Shown here: piece after piece, positions 39,328 to 53,720 of the stretch | Layout: each line of letters starts with the position of its first letter | Position numbering within the stretch: position 1 is the stretch's first letter | Made by a program: the position numbers and the translations under genes | Notes under the pieces: model-generated | Told to the model about the DNA's origin: nothing | The model's database searches: none | Seen by the model: only the letters and a program-made list of their open reading frames with translations | Assembly: GCF_006345805.1 (NCBI RefSeq) | Contig: NC_043010.1 | Location: 37,262,001 to 37,326,000, forward strand | DNA from: Octopus sinensis | Lineage: Eukaryota | Length of the DNA stretch: 64,000 bases | Direction: 5' to 3'

Positions 39328-40781
39328 ACCAAAAGAAGCCCATCATACATATGTATGTGTGTGTGTACATGTTTTGTATCTCCATCATTTGACATCATGA
39401 TAGTGGCAAATGAGTATCATGCAAGCTGTGTTATTTATTTTCAATATTCTGCAGAACACATCTGACAAATGCAGAAATATTAACCTTGCTTAAAACTATG
39501 TTTGGCAACAGGCAGGGCATCCAGTTGTAGATACATTCCATCTGATCCACAAAAGCATGGAAAAGTGGACATTAAAACGATGATTATGATGATACCCACA
39601 CAATAGGCTTCCTAGCAATTTCCATCTACCAAATTCACACTGAAAGCACTAGTATACTTGCAGCTATGATAGAAGACACCCAGGGCACTGTTCAGGGGAA
39701 ATATATCCAAAACCACATGGCTGCAAACCCACCTCACATAATTTACTGAAATAAACAATATTTGAAATTCTGTCAAAACAGGGTATTGGCTGAACACCTG
39801 TGAATTTTTATACCAGTCATATTCAGACCAAATATTCTACCTGTTTTATGTTTAAACTGACCACATCCAGTTCTCACATCTACCCTACAGTGTCATTCTA
39901 AAAGTTACTAATCACATCATTGAAATTTTGAAGCTGTGAGATAGTGCATGACTAACTCAAAACAATGTCAATAAATAAGCATTCCATTTGACTGAATAAT
40001 CTGAATGTTAAAGGGTTAAAGCAAATATCTCATTTGTTATACAATCTCTGAGGATTTGATAATATAATCTGAGTGTAATGTAAAACCTTGGATAACTAAT
40101 CTATTCATTAATGAAATACATGCACGCATGCATTGAATAAATGTATAAACTTATCTCCACTCTGTTTTTTTTCTCCATATGTCATACTCTTATGTGTGTG
40201 CGTATACACGCACACATGTATGCTTGTACATATGTAGTATATTTTTTGTGTGGTATATGTATTTCTAACTGAATCAGTCATACTACTTTTGCATCATGTT
40301 TACAAACCTTAACCATTTTTCAAAAAATTTATTCTAAAAGCCATTACAGTTCTAAATACGATACAGCATGTTGTTGTTGTTGTTATTAGTGATGGTGTTC
40401 TTGTTAAATGTTATTGGTTGCTGTTCTTTGTTGAAAAAATCAAGTAAATATAAAATTAAAATTCAAAAGAGAGGAGAATGCGAATGAGAATGCCGTGCAC
40501 AACCTGTCCCCCTCCCCCCTTTGAGAGGTATTAGATGTGGAAGTTGAAGATTGGAACTGGCAGCAGACAAGATTTATTATTATTATGGCCATGGAAGGCT
40601 TCTCTCTCTCTCCCTTTCTCTCACTCCTTCTCTCACTCTCTCTCTCTCATGGCAACCAAAACCTTGCTTTTCAAATTCCCTGTCTATTTGACAAAATATA
40701 AAATTTAAAAAAATAAACAATATAACAAAAATATCACTTAAAAAAACATATTTCAGCAAGGAAAATAAAACTTAAAATGAA

Positions 40782-40832
<51 letters not shown>

Positions 40833-42355
40833 CATTATCGTTTGTGAGAGCATCAACCAAAATTCTTTGCAGTATTTAGTCACATCATTTAAGGGGGGAA
40901 AAAAGAAGGAAAAAAAGTGTTGGATTTAGAGTTTGAAATTGTTAGGGTGATAAACAAAATGCCTTGTGAAAATTAGCAGCAATATCACTTAGTATTCTGA
41001 GTTCAAATCATGCCAGAATTGACTTCACATTCCAGCCTTCCAAACTTCATGAAATTATTGATTCATAAAATAGTGATTTTGTGCCTACGTTAGAAGCTAT
41101 AATAAGGGTTAATGCATGGGCAGGTTATCAGTATTTGTTCTGGGTTTTTACATTGAGTTCAAGATCAGCTTTACACTGAATCCTTGCTGGTTTGATAAAA
41201 TAGAATACCAGTCAAGCACTGTAGTAGCAGTAGTAGTATTAATGGTGGTGGTAATAGTATAGGGAAATGCACTCTAACAGTGTGTTGCTGTATCAATTTT
41301 TTTAAAATTCCCTACTCTTGGCAAGGGGCACCTTTGTACCACTCAGGTGGTAACCCCCCAGCTCATGGGTCTGTTTTGGGTAGTTATTTTTGATGAAGGT
41401 TTTACAAGGTCAGAGTGCAAGTCCTACCTCCACTTCTTTTATGACATGCAGAGGAAATACTAGGTCTGTTCTTTGACACACCTGTCCCCACTCAGTTTTG
41501 GGATCAGTATAATCCACCGTTATCCTCCTCCAAAACTCCAAACATTATGCTTGTTAAAAACAATTATACAGTGGTTGTGAACTGGCAGAATTGTTAGAAT
41601 GTAGGGTAGAATGCCTTGTGGTGTTTCTTCGAGATCAAGCATGGGTGAGCTTTATAAAGAAGCAGATCTCATGAGCCATGGCTTGTCTTCCATCAGGTGA
41701 GCCATAGTACTTAAACTTCAAGATAGTTTTACGCTAGGCACACTGTCCAGAAAGTCCTTCAGGTCATGGTTTGCCCATGATTGTTCTAGATCTTTATATT
41801 TTGAGTTCAAATCCTGCTGAGGTATATTTAGCCTTCGGCCCTCTAGGATCAGTAAAAGGATGTGGCAGTCTAGAAATAGGGGTGGGGGTAGTCATCAATG
41901 GCATCAACTTATACCTTTCCATCAAAAATGCTGGCCTTGTACCTATATTAGAAAGGAAACTTGTTGAAATGGCATTGTCACTCGGGTGTTGAAATAAACT
42001 ACTTGCAATATTTCTTTGGACTCTCTGTGGCATAAGTTCAAATCCTGCTCAGATCAACTTTGCCTTTCATCCCTCTGTACTTTACAAAATAAAATACAAA
42101 TAAAGTACTGGGTTGAAGGTATCTACTAGCCCCTCATTTCAGACAACTGACCATGTGTCATACATACATCCATACATACGTACGTATGTATGTATACATG
42201 CATATAGATGTATGTGTGTGTGTGTGTATATATATATATATTATATATGCTTGCATACATATTTATGTTTACATGTATATGTATGTATGCATATGTATGT
42301 ATAATTGTATATACGCATAAATAAATGTTTATATCTGTGTATAAATATATATTTC

Positions 42356-42400
<45 letters not shown>

Positions 42401-42407
42401 ATCTGTG

Positions 42408-42458
<51 letters not shown>

Positions 42459-43334
42459 ATATATCTATGTATAAATATATATGTATGTGCTTATGTGTAT
42501 ATGTATGCATATGTGTGTGTGTGTATATATATATATATATGAGTATATAAATGCACACCTGTAATTGTGTATGTGTATATAAATATACACATACGTGCGC
42601 ACACACAAACAATTACATACAAACACACTTATGCATACGTATATCATCAGCATACATAAACACACTCGCAGTCACTCTCACACACACACACAATACATTT
42701 CCCGCCTTTACTCTTTGTCTGTCCTCTGTATTGAAGAAAATCAATAATTGTCTTTATTATTAAATTTTTTCCTTTGTCATCTCCTTTTAACAATTTCTAT
42801 TATCATTATTATATTATTATTATATTATTATTATTATTATTATTATTATTATCATTATCATCATCATCATCATCATTGTTTTTATTATTAAATTCATTTC
42901 AACTTTTCAACTCATATGGTTGTCTTTGTTTTTGTTGGTTTTTATGTTGTTGTTTTTTTATATATGTCTTTGTTTTTCTTATCTTGCAATTTATTTTGTT
43001 ATTGTTGTTTTTAGTTTTATATTTTCCATTTCTGATTTTAAAGAGTTTCGGACAAAATCATAGCTTCTTGTTTGTTGAGTTTGTTGTCGTCAATGCCGCG
43101 TTGCGACTGCTTTTGTTGTATATTTTTGGTTTTTCTTTTTGCTTTGTTATATATATTCTCATTTCATCCTTCTATAATAATGATGATAATAATAATAATG
43201 ATAATAACTATAATAATAATATTTCATTTTTCCCCCCTCTCTTATTTCTTCGTTTTTCAATTTCAAAAATTATATTTCAACGTGTATGTGTGTACATGTA
43301 AGCATGTATATATCTATATATTTATGTGTTTGTG

Positions 43335-43377
<43 letters not shown>

Positions 43378-43599
43378 ATACACACACACACATATAGTAT
43401 CACACACGCACACAAATTTATATGGATGTACATATGCATTGTATTTTGGAGTAAAGTTCATTTTCCTTTTGTATTTTCAATGAATATTTATGAAATTGTT
43501 AATATCACAATAATAAGAGGAAAATATATCCACACCCCACATCACCACTAACACATTTCCACCACACCTAACTTCCATACCCCTATCCTCTTCAATTCT

Positions 43600-43638
<39 letters not shown>

Positions 43639-43916
43639 TTCTGGCTTATCTCCTTCTGTCTCTGGATTTCTTTAGTTATGTTTAGGCCTTAACTGAATTT
43701 GTATGTCTTTTTACATACTGTTGTTGTTTAACAAAAAAAAGCAGTAGTTTGTTGTTGTTGTTGTTAGTAGTAGTAGTAGTAGTAGTTGACATTGTTCTTG
43801 TTATTGTTGTATTTCAAAGCTGATAAGAGCAGCACTTATGATGTCTGTTGCTGTTGCAATAATAATATTAATGATAATAATGATAATAATAATAATAATA
43901 ATAACAACAACAACAA

Positions 43917-44287
43917 GGCAGCAGGAGTGGCTATGTGGTAAGTAGCTTGCTTACCAACTGCATGGTTCCTGGTTCAGTCCCACTGCATGGCACCTTGGGC
44001 AAGTGTCTTCTACTATAGCCTTGTGAGTGGATTTGGTAGACTGAAACTGAAAGAAGCCCGTCATATATAAATTTATATGTATATATATGTGTGCGTGTTT
44101 GTCTCCCCCAACATCGCTTGACAACCGATGCTGGTGTGTTCACGTCCCCTTAATTAGCAGTTCAGCAAAAGTGACCGATAGAATAAGTACTAGACTTACA
44201 AAGAATAAGTCCTGTGGTTGATTTCCTCGACTAAAGGCGGTGCTCCAGCATGGCTGCAGTCAAATGACTGAAACAAGTAAAAGAGTA
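43917..44287 (+). mobile_element. family A SINE
   Basis: Head, body and tail all match family A. Confidence 0.9.
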
Positions 44288-45045
44288 ACCCTTTCTACAA
44301 TAGGCACAAGGCCTGAAATTTGAGAGGGGGGGGGCTTGTCGATTAATAATAATGATGATGATGATGATTCTTTTATTAGCCACAGGGACACAGATGAGAG
44401 TGTCATAAGAATAACAACAGTAGTAGCAGTAGTAGTAGTTGTTGTTGTTGCTGTGTTATGTTGGTGGTGAAAGCGCTGATGGGGTGGAGTGGGGTCAGAA
44501 AAGGTGGGTATGCTCTCATGATTATGAGGACTTTTTGTTGCAGGATTTGTGGTGTTGGTGGTGGTAGTGGTGGTGGTGGTGGTTGATGCTATTGTTTTGA
44601 TAATGGTGCCAATTGTGACGGAAGTAGTAGTAGTAGTAGTAGTGGTAGTGGTGGTGGTAGTAGTAGTAAGAGGAGGAGGAGGAGGAGCAGTAGTGGTGAG
44701 TAGTTTCGTTGGTGTTCATGGAGGTAGTGCGTTTTTCAGGAGTTGCCTGTAAGGTGTGGAAGTCGGTCCGGGGGGGGGGATGAGTATGGGGCGGGGGTGG
44801 GGTATGGGGAGACAGGTGCGAATGTGTGGAATCATAATTTCTTTTCACTCTTCATCTTGAAAGATTTCCAGTAAATCCAATAGAATGATGTCTTCCAGTT
44901 AACATATATTTCTTTGTAATGTTTGCTGCTTCTGCAGCAGCCAACTAAGAGGAGGAGGCGTGGAATTTAATAGGGTGATAACCTGTTCTATCTGGCTTTC
45001 TGGCTTCTTTGCTAATATTTTATACACACACATACACATACATGC

Positions 45046-45084
<39 letters not shown>

Positions 45085-45157
45085 TACACTCATTTACACT
45101 CATAAAATATATATATGGATACACATATGCATATGTCTAGATACATATACATGCATG

Positions 45158-45210
<53 letters not shown>

Positions 45211-46029
45211 CATACATACATACACACACACACTCATTTACATATATACGTACACACAACACACATTCAAATATCTAGATACACATACATGCATGCATAT
45301 ATACATATATATGCATAAAGATGTATATATATATATACATACATACTTATATACACTCACATAAATATATATGCTTACAAACAACACACATATACATGTA
45401 TCTTGATACACATACATGCATACATATATATATATACGTGTGTCTACATTATATATATATATGTGTGTGTGTGTGTGTATACATGCACACACACAAGTGT
45501 GTGTCTTTAGATATTTAAATGTATGTGTTTATATTGTTTATATCCATAGATGTGAATATGTGTATTCATTTGTATTTGTGTGGTGGAGTTTGTGTGCACA
45601 TGTATATGTGTGTGTGTGGGGGTGTGTATACATATGTATGTGGATATAACTATATATAGTTATGTGTGTATATATAAATGTATGTGTGTGTGATATATAT
45701 TGTTTCTTTCATCTTTCATTATTTCTCCATTCCATTTTATGTTATTCAATAGTTATTTTATTTTATTATTTTTTTAACCATTTTCACTGCCTGTTTCAAA
45801 GAGAAATTTCGAAATTCTAGTGTTTTAATGTAAATCTCCATGTATTTGGTAAAAAGCCCTTACCTTTACTCTCCTTTCACCACCATCACCCCTACTCCAT
45901 GCCCTCTTGTCTCATCAAGTACAGGTTGTGTGTACACATATGCATGCGTGTGTGTAACTGTCCATTCCACACTTAGTTTATTGTGCACACGCATCTACCT
46001 CCAAATATATATATATGTGTTATAACAGT

Positions 46030-47000
46030 GTGAGGACAAAATGGCAAAGCGGATAAGGTATCGGTCTAGTAACTCATAAGCTGTGCCTGTGAGTTCATAT
46101 AATTCAGTAATTGCATCATAACATTACTAGAATTAAATGCAGTGTGTTATTGTGTTTCTGTGGAAAAATCAATAACTATTATTACCCAGCTGGAACACAG
46201 ATATAGCTCTGGCCTTAAAAGGTGAAACAAGGGAGGACAATTTTCGCATTATCTATTAAATCAATGGCTCAGTGGTTAGAGCGTGGGGCTCACAATCAGG
46301 AAGTAGTGAGTTTGATTCCTGCACCAGGCTGGGTGTTACATTCTTGAGGAAGACACATCATTTCACGTTGCTCCAGTTCACTCATCTGCAGAAATGAGTT
46401 GCGATGTCACCCTTGCCAAGCTGTTTCGGCCTTTGCCTTTCCCTTGTGGGAAGGCTGGTATGCATGGGTGACTGCTGGTCTTCTATAAACAAACAACCTT
46501 GCCTGTACTTGTACCTCAGAGGGTGACTTCCTAAGCATAATCGCAAGGTCATTCATGACCGAAGGGGTTCTTTATGAAATGAAGGGTCCTTTACCACCAG
46601 GCTGTGAATCATTTGGTACTGAGCTGCACAGAAACAATAGATTTAAAAATTCTATCTCTATTTTATCAACTATTGCAATCTGCACGATTTTTTTGCATTA
46701 TTTATGTGTGATATATGTGAAGGTGTGTGACTTAGTAGTTAGGGTAATTGGCACACAATCGTAAAGGTTGTGAGTTCAATTCGTAGTAGTGCATTTCGTT
46801 TTTGACCAAAACACCTTATTTCATGTTGCTCTAATCTACTTAGCTGGCAAAATTCAGCTGTAGCTGTAATTCAAAGGGCTGGTCTTGTTATATTCTGTGT
46901 CATGCTGAATCTCCTTGAGAACTACGTTAAGAGAATGCATGTCTGTGGAGTGTTCAGCCACTTGCACGTTAATTTCATGTGCAGACTGTTCTGTCAATGT
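46030..47000 (+). mobile_element. three successive older tRNA-derived SINEs
   Basis: tRNA-like heads at ~46035 (tggcaaagcgg...gagttcatat), ~46264 (tggctcagtggttagagcg...gagtttgattcc) and ~46722 (tgacttagtagttaggg...gagttcaattc). Confidence 0.6.
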
Positions 47001-47492
47001 GTAGAATGAAAGGCAGAAAAGCATGAATTTCACAGGTAGATCATAAGTTACTTACTTTCAACAGCTGTTTCATTAGGAATAATTCTATAATTATGTAATT
47101 AAGATACATAATTCATGAAAATTAATTATTTAAATCGAATTAATTCAAAGCAGTGCTTATCCCAAATCAGCAGGAACACTACAGAGATCATCTCTTTTTA
47201 TATGAAGATATATATATATATTATATATATATATATATAATGCATTGCTATGAGTTTTCTACAAAGTACATATCTCAATTGTAATTTGTGGAAATGCACA
47301 TTGTGATGCATTAAATTGATTATTAATTCCATCCAAGGATTATTATTATTATTATATTTATCCTACATTGTATTGGCACAATGCAACCCCAAAAGCTTGT
47401 TCACCAGTCAGCGTCATTAGACGGTGGACAGCATAATGGCATAGGAGCTTTATTTGCATATTCAAAACGTTTCCCATCAACAAATTTAAGAG

Positions 47493-47531
<39 letters not shown>

Positions 47532-47894
47532 AAACTGGTTTCCACACAGTTTTTGTCTAACAAATACTTTCACAATGCTTTAGTTGGCATTAGGACTGAA
47601 CTCAAAACCAAGTGGTTCTGGAGCAAACGCCTGACCCTCTCAGCAACCACTCATTCCCTAATCCAAGAAAGTCATTTGATGCAATATCCATGAAACTATA
47701 ATTAATATGAAAGGCATTCCTTCCACCTGCAGCAACCCTGATATTCTTTTATTCCATTAGTCCCTTTTATACAACCCACCTGAGACCCGCTGTGGTTCTA
47801 TCAGTCAAACTTCCTATTTTATAGTGAACTAAATTAAAATCTTCCATTACAATTCCATGTTAATTTATGTTCCAGCTTAATAATGACAGTTAGT

Positions 47895-48109
47895 TACTCT
47901 TTTACTTGTTTCAGTCATGTGACTGTGCCCATGCTGGAGCACCGCCTTTAGTCGAGCAAATCGACCTCAGGACTTATTCTTTGTAAGCCTATTCTATCGG
48001 TCTCTTTTGCCAAAATGCTAAGTTACGGGGGATGTAAACACACCAGCATCGGTTGTCAAGCGATGTTGGTGGGGGGGGGACAAACACAGATACACAAACA
48101 TATACACAC

Positions 48110-48177
<68 letters not shown>

Positions 48178-48353
48178 TTACACATATATACGACGGGCTT
48201 CTTTCAGTTTCCGTCTACCAAATCCACTCACAAGGCTTTGATCAGCCCGAGGCTATAGTTGAAAACACTTGCCCAAGGTGCCACGCAGTGGGACTGAACC
48301 TTGAACCATGTGGTTGGTAAGCAAGCTACTTACCATACAGCCACTCCTCCGCC
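47895..48353 (-). mobile_element. family A SINE nested in a piggyBac-type MITE (~47760-48443)
   Basis: The MITE body continues on both sides of the SINE and ends aacaaaagggTTAA. Confidence 0.85.
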
Positions 48354-48780
48354 TACAATTTAACATAATTCTTCGTTATTTTGGAAATGAATTAACACAC
48401 CAGCAGTGTATTTCAACAGAAATATGGTTAACAAAAGGGTTAAAATTATCCGTGTCATTCTCAAATTCCTTTGTCTTCCCCGACCCCTCGATCAATGCTG
48501 TGTTGAGACCATTTAAAATTTGAAACACAAAGCATTGCAATTGATTGACAGGATTATGGGATTACTACTCAAACTGTATTAGTTTAGTAACTATTTGTCT
48601 ACAGTTACAGCCTGACTCCAATATTTAATACAGTTTGCAGAACTAATCTACCCTCACCTACTGTGGACAAAGCACAAGGAAGCTCATATAATGAATTTAA
48701 ATCCTCTTAAAATGAAAAACAATTAAAATAGTTGGAGGTGAAAGCCACATTCTCTTGTCTTATGAGTTAATGAACTAAAC

Positions 48781-49076
48781 CAGGAGTTTCCAACTTTATT
48801 TTGTTTGTGGACACCCTAAGAGCTATCTTATCATCTGTGGACCCCATATATGCACATGTAAATTTTTGAAATAAAATTATTTATTTGTAGGATAGTAAAA
48901 ACTAACAATGAAATAATTTTGTTATATTCATAAGAAATTCTAAATATAAATCTTAAAAATTTCAATAAATACAGGTGCCTCTCCAAGTAAACAAAATTTA
49001 TATATGGACCCACAAATTACAATTTTTCATTTGTGGACCCCCTTATAGCTTCTGTGGACCCCTGATGGAAACCTTG
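48781..49076. mobile_element. degenerate hAT-type MITE
   Basis: caggagtttccaac ... gatggaaaccttg termini with internal tggacccc repeats, as in 55050-55286. Confidence 0.55.
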
Positions 49077-49381
49077 TACCAGACAGTCAATGAGAATTAA
49101 ATTATGCTTCTCAGCTGTTACTATGTCAAACTAAGGGAATGAGCTATAAAAAGTAGGACCAACTGACAACCAAGGACTAGTTGGACTGTTGGCATAGAAA
49201 CGGGGGGGGGGGATTCCTTGTTAACTAAAACATCATCTTGCAAAATGCTTGAAGCCGCCTGTTTTTACTATGATATCACAATGGCAGGCCATCAACAGTC
49301 AATTGGGGTGAAATGAATATGTATAGGTTAATTCACTGATTAGCACTGATAACAATATCCTTACACACATGCACACACACA

Positions 49382-49420
<39 letters not shown>

Positions 49421-49437
49421 GACACATATATATGTAT

Positions 49438-49473
<36 letters not shown>

Positions 49474-50914
49474 CATACATACATACATATATATATATAT
49501 TCTTTTTCTTTTATTATTTTACTTGTTTCAGTCATTTGACTGTGGCCATGCTGAAGCACTGCCTTTAGTCAAACAATTGGACCCCAGGACTTATTCCTTG
49601 TAAGCCTAGTGCTTATTCTACCGGTCTCTTTTTCTGAACCACTAAGTTACAGAGACATAAGCACACCAACATCGGTTGTCAAGCAATACATACCCTCTAA
49701 GCATTTCTAGAGAAGTGTAAATTAGCATAACGGTTTCTTAAAATTGTCACGCCTGAGCACACATGTGAGAATAACAAATGTCCACATTTGCATATATATA
49801 TATATCATCATCATCATCATCGTCGTTTAACGTCCGTTCTCCATGCTAGCATGGGTTGGACGGTTCGACCGGGGTTCTGGGAAGCCAGAAGGCTGCACCA
49901 GGCTCCAGTCTAATCTGGCAATGTTTCTACAGCTGGATGCCCTTCCTAACGCCAATATATATATATATATGTTTCCAATGGGCTTCTTTCAGTTTCCATA
50001 TATTGGATCCACCCACTCACAGGGTTTTGATTGGCCCAGTGTTATAGTAGAAGGCACTTGATCTATGTGCCATGCAATGAGACTGTACTCGGAGCCATGT
50101 TGTGGGAAGTACACTTCTTACCACACACCCATTCCTGCACATATATGTATATGTGTGTGTGTATGTGTGTGTGTGTGTGTGTACAGACATACACACAAGT
50201 AATGACATAATTTCATAATAAAATGTAATTTAATCAACACAATTTAAACGAATAAAAAATAAACACTTACACACATGACTACATAATATTATTAATTCAT
50301 TAACGCATAAAGTTTAATTTTTCATTTGGCCATTAATTACAATTAACTAACAAGAAAAATAAACAGTGTGGATGAAAAAGCTATTAAAGGGTATTTATAT
50401 AGAATAAATAGGTGGAAGTACGGAAACATTAATATGTGAAAATTTCGAGTATTATTTAAAATTGAAATAAATAGTTTGTGTTGTTAAAATCTTGGACTGT
50501 CCACCCCCTTTTTTTTTTTTTGTGTGGGGTGAGGCTGTAATCCATTAATGGAGTGAGGTATATTTTGAGGTGTGTGAAACCATTTTTACACTGCTACATT
50601 GTTCACGGGTTTTCTCTGGCCCTGAGTTATAGCAACTGGCAGGGTTCCAGCCATGGGTTCAAATATTAAATAGCATATTAGGGCATACCTACCTATGCAT
50701 GTAACAGCTGGATCTAGTGGACTCTGTGGAAGAAATCTTATGGAAGCGAAGGTAGCTGCAACAAAGCATTGCGGAATGAGGGAAAACAAAATGAAGCAAG
50801 TAAGACATGTTGGTCATCCGCTGCACCCGTCTCCATCCCCAGTCATGTTGACTTGGTCTTGCTACTGGATTGAAGACAGAGATGGACAAGAGAGTCGAGT
50901 GACCTCTTGTTCAC

Positions 50915-51113
50915 TTACTCTCTTACTTGTTTCATTTGACTGCAGCCATACTGGAGCACCGCCTTTAGTCGAGCAAATTGACCCCAGGACTTATTCTTTG
51001 TAAGCCTAGTACTTATTTTATCAGTCTCTTTTTGCCGAACTGCTAATTTACAGGGACGTAAACACACCAGCATCAATTGTCAAGCGATGTTGGGGGGGAC
51101 AAACACAGACACA

Positions 51114-51163
<50 letters not shown>

Positions 51164-51331
51164 CACACATATATACGATGGGCTTCTTTCAGTTTCCGTC
51201 TACCAAATCCACTCACAAGGCTTTGGTTGGCCCGAGGCTATAGTAGAAGACCCTTGCCCAAGATGCCACGCAGTGGGACTGAACCCAGAACCATGTGGTT
51301 GGTAAGCAAGCTACTTACCACACAGCCACTC
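50915..51331 (-). mobile_element. family A SINE
   Basis: Full match to family A. Confidence 0.9.
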
Positions 51332-51334
51332 GCA

Positions 51335-52320
51335 GAGTCATCCTTAAAGACAAGTAGGTGTTCCTCGTTGCTCTGGTGCATGAACATATATCAAGGGGCA
51401 TAGCAAGATTGGCAGAACAAGAGGTAAACTAGTGGTGTTACATCAAAGAGCTGTTCTTGCTTATAGACTCAGTTATTGACTGAGTCCATTCTGAGTATTT
51501 GCCATGCAAACTCACTATGGATTGGAGAGAGCAAGAGCTTTTCTTCTCTTTTGTGTGGTGAGCAAGACTGAAAGTTCTGAAAAGAAACATTTCCTTCTTC
51601 AAGCAAACCCTCATCAACTTCTTCGTGTTCCACTTGGAGAAGGAGTTGAGGGTAGAGATTTTGTTGAGAGTGGTTGGATAAGAGTAGCAAAATTGGCCAG
51701 TATGGATAGACTTACTTTCAGCATACATCTTTTAGCAAAAGAGTAGAGCTGGGACAGGTTATACATACCTTTGGCATTCAGAGTAATACTGGATCTGTGG
51801 GGCTCCATTTATATATTTTTGTTTACTCTTTACTCTTTTACTCTTTTACTTGTTTCAGTCATTTGACTGTGGCCATGCTGGAGCACCACCCTTAGTACTT
51901 ATTCTATCGGTCTCTTTTTGCCGAACTGCTAAGTTACGGGGACGTAAACACACCAGCATCGGTTGTCAAGCAATGCTAGGGGGACAAACACAGACACAAA
52001 CACACACACATATACATATATATACATATATACGACAGGCTTCTTTCAGTTTCCGTCTACCAATCCACTCACAAGGCATTGGTCGCCCGGGGCTATAGCA
52101 GAAGACCACTTGCCCAAGATGCCACGCAGTGGACTGAACCCGCAACCGTGTGTTGGTTAGCAAGCTACTACCACACAGCCACTCCTGCGCCTTACTTTTT
52201 TACTTCTTTTTTTTTTGTTTCCTTTTCATTATCAATTCTGTGTAAATTCCCATCATTTTTGTAATTTATCTTTTGTAATATGCTCTTCGTCCATCACCCG
52301 TTGGGCAAATAAAAGAAATA
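51335..52320 (+). mobile_element. decayed L1/Tx1-like LINE 3' end split by a family A SINE (51824-52190, -)
   Basis: Frameshifted peptide LINFFVFHLEKELRVE...W.RVAKLASMD resembles a Tx1-type C-terminus; a T-rich 3' UTR with aataaa follows the SINE. Clade assignment is tentative. Confidence 0.45.
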
Positions 52321-52593
52321 CTTAATTTTTATATTTCTAGAAACTACACAGAAGCCCATTCTTTATATACAGTTATATATGTGTGTGTATGTGTATTTCT
52401 GAGTCTCGATTTACACTGGCCTAAAAACAGTTGTTTGTGTTACATACTTTAATTTTCACAACATAGTGGTTTGAGACTTGGGGACTGATAAAATAAATGC
52501 CGGACTGAATTATAAAGCATTGAGTATTTATGATCAAAACATTTGAAGATTGTACACTAGCATGGCTGCAGTCCAATAACTAAAACAAATAAA

Positions 52594-52825
52594 TGTTTCT
52601 TTATTACCCACAAGGGGCTAAACATAGAGGGGACAAACAAGGACAGACAAATGAATTAAGTCGATTACATCGCCCCCAAGAGCATAACTGGTACTTAATT
52701 TATCGACCCCTAAAGCATGAAAGGCAAAGTTGACTTTGGCAGAACTTGAACTCAGAACGTAACGGCAGACGAAATACGGCTACGCATTTCACCCAGTGTG
52801 CTAACGGTTCTGCCAGCTCGCTGCC
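52594..52825 (-). mobile_element. family B SINE with 15-bp TSD
   Basis: Flanked by aactaaaacaaataa direct repeats, inside the tail of a decayed family A copy. Confidence 0.9.
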
Positions 52826-52886
52826 TTAAAACTAAAACAAATAATAGAGTATGTATGTGTACCTCTCTCTCTCTGTCCTCTCTCTC

Positions 52887-52927
<41 letters not shown>

Positions 52928-53046
52928 ACAATTTAGGAATGGCCTAAACAGGCCATTCGTCCACCAGAAGAGCAGCCAGAACTCCAACCGCCAAGTAGTG
53001 TAATTCGGAAATAAGGTGAAAATTTAAAAACATTTACCCTAATTCA

Positions 53047-53146
53047 TCTTTTATACGATGCATCGTTTCAGTGTCTTTAATGATAGACCAGCTTAATTAA
53101 ATAAATTAAGCTAGTCTACCATAGGTCACACTTCATCAGTAAAAGA
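53047..53146 (-). ncRNA. type I hammerhead ribozyme motif (mirror copy)
   Basis: Reverse complement of 53624-53720 apart from small indels; core tcatcag at 53133-53139 and tacgatgcatcgtttc upstream of it. Confidence 0.85.
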
Positions 53147-53623
53147 AACCTGGGAGAGACGGATATACACGAGGCGACTGTATCAATGCCCCGGGAATAT
53201 CTGTCTAAAATTTTCAAGACCAACGCATTCGCGCCAAACTTATCGGCAGCAAATATAAACTGCCGATTCAATCTCAGAATAGTCAGAAAATTATCAATTA
53301 ATCAATTTAGGGTAGCAAAAAATTCAGTAAAAATTATCGCTACCAGCGGCCTAGTGGAAAAGAGAAAAAGTCAAAGACTAAATATTTAGTCTTTGACTAT
53401 TTTCTCTTTTCACTAGCCGTGCTGGTAGCGATAAATTTTTACTGAATTTTTTGCTACCCTAAATTGATTAATTGATAATTTTCTGACTAATTCTGAGATT
53501 GAATCGGCAGTTTATATTTGCTGCGATAAGTTTGGCGCGAATGTGTTGGTCTTGAAAATTTTAAGACAGATATTCCCGAGGCATTGATACAGTCGCCTCG
53601 TGTATATCCGTCTCTCCCAGGTT

Positions 53624-53720
53624 TCTTTTACTGATGAAGTGTGACTATGGTAGACTAGCTTAATTTATTTAATTAGCTGGTCTATCATTAAGACACTGAA
53701 ACGATGCATCGTATAAAAGA
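53624..53720 (+). ncRNA. type I hammerhead ribozyme motif, intact core
   Basis: TCTTTTA-CTGATGA-AGTGT[long hairpin]ACACT-GAAAC-GATGCATC-GTA^TAAAAGA. Stem I is 7 bp, stem II is extended with G-U pairs, stem III is the palindrome ACGATGCATCGT; predicted cleavage after 53713. Confidence 0.9.

Noticed and set aside
53186-53389. 67-aa ORF in the palindrome arm
   Set aside because: No recognisable RT or GIY-YIG motif, and the mirrored arm differs by indels that break the frame.
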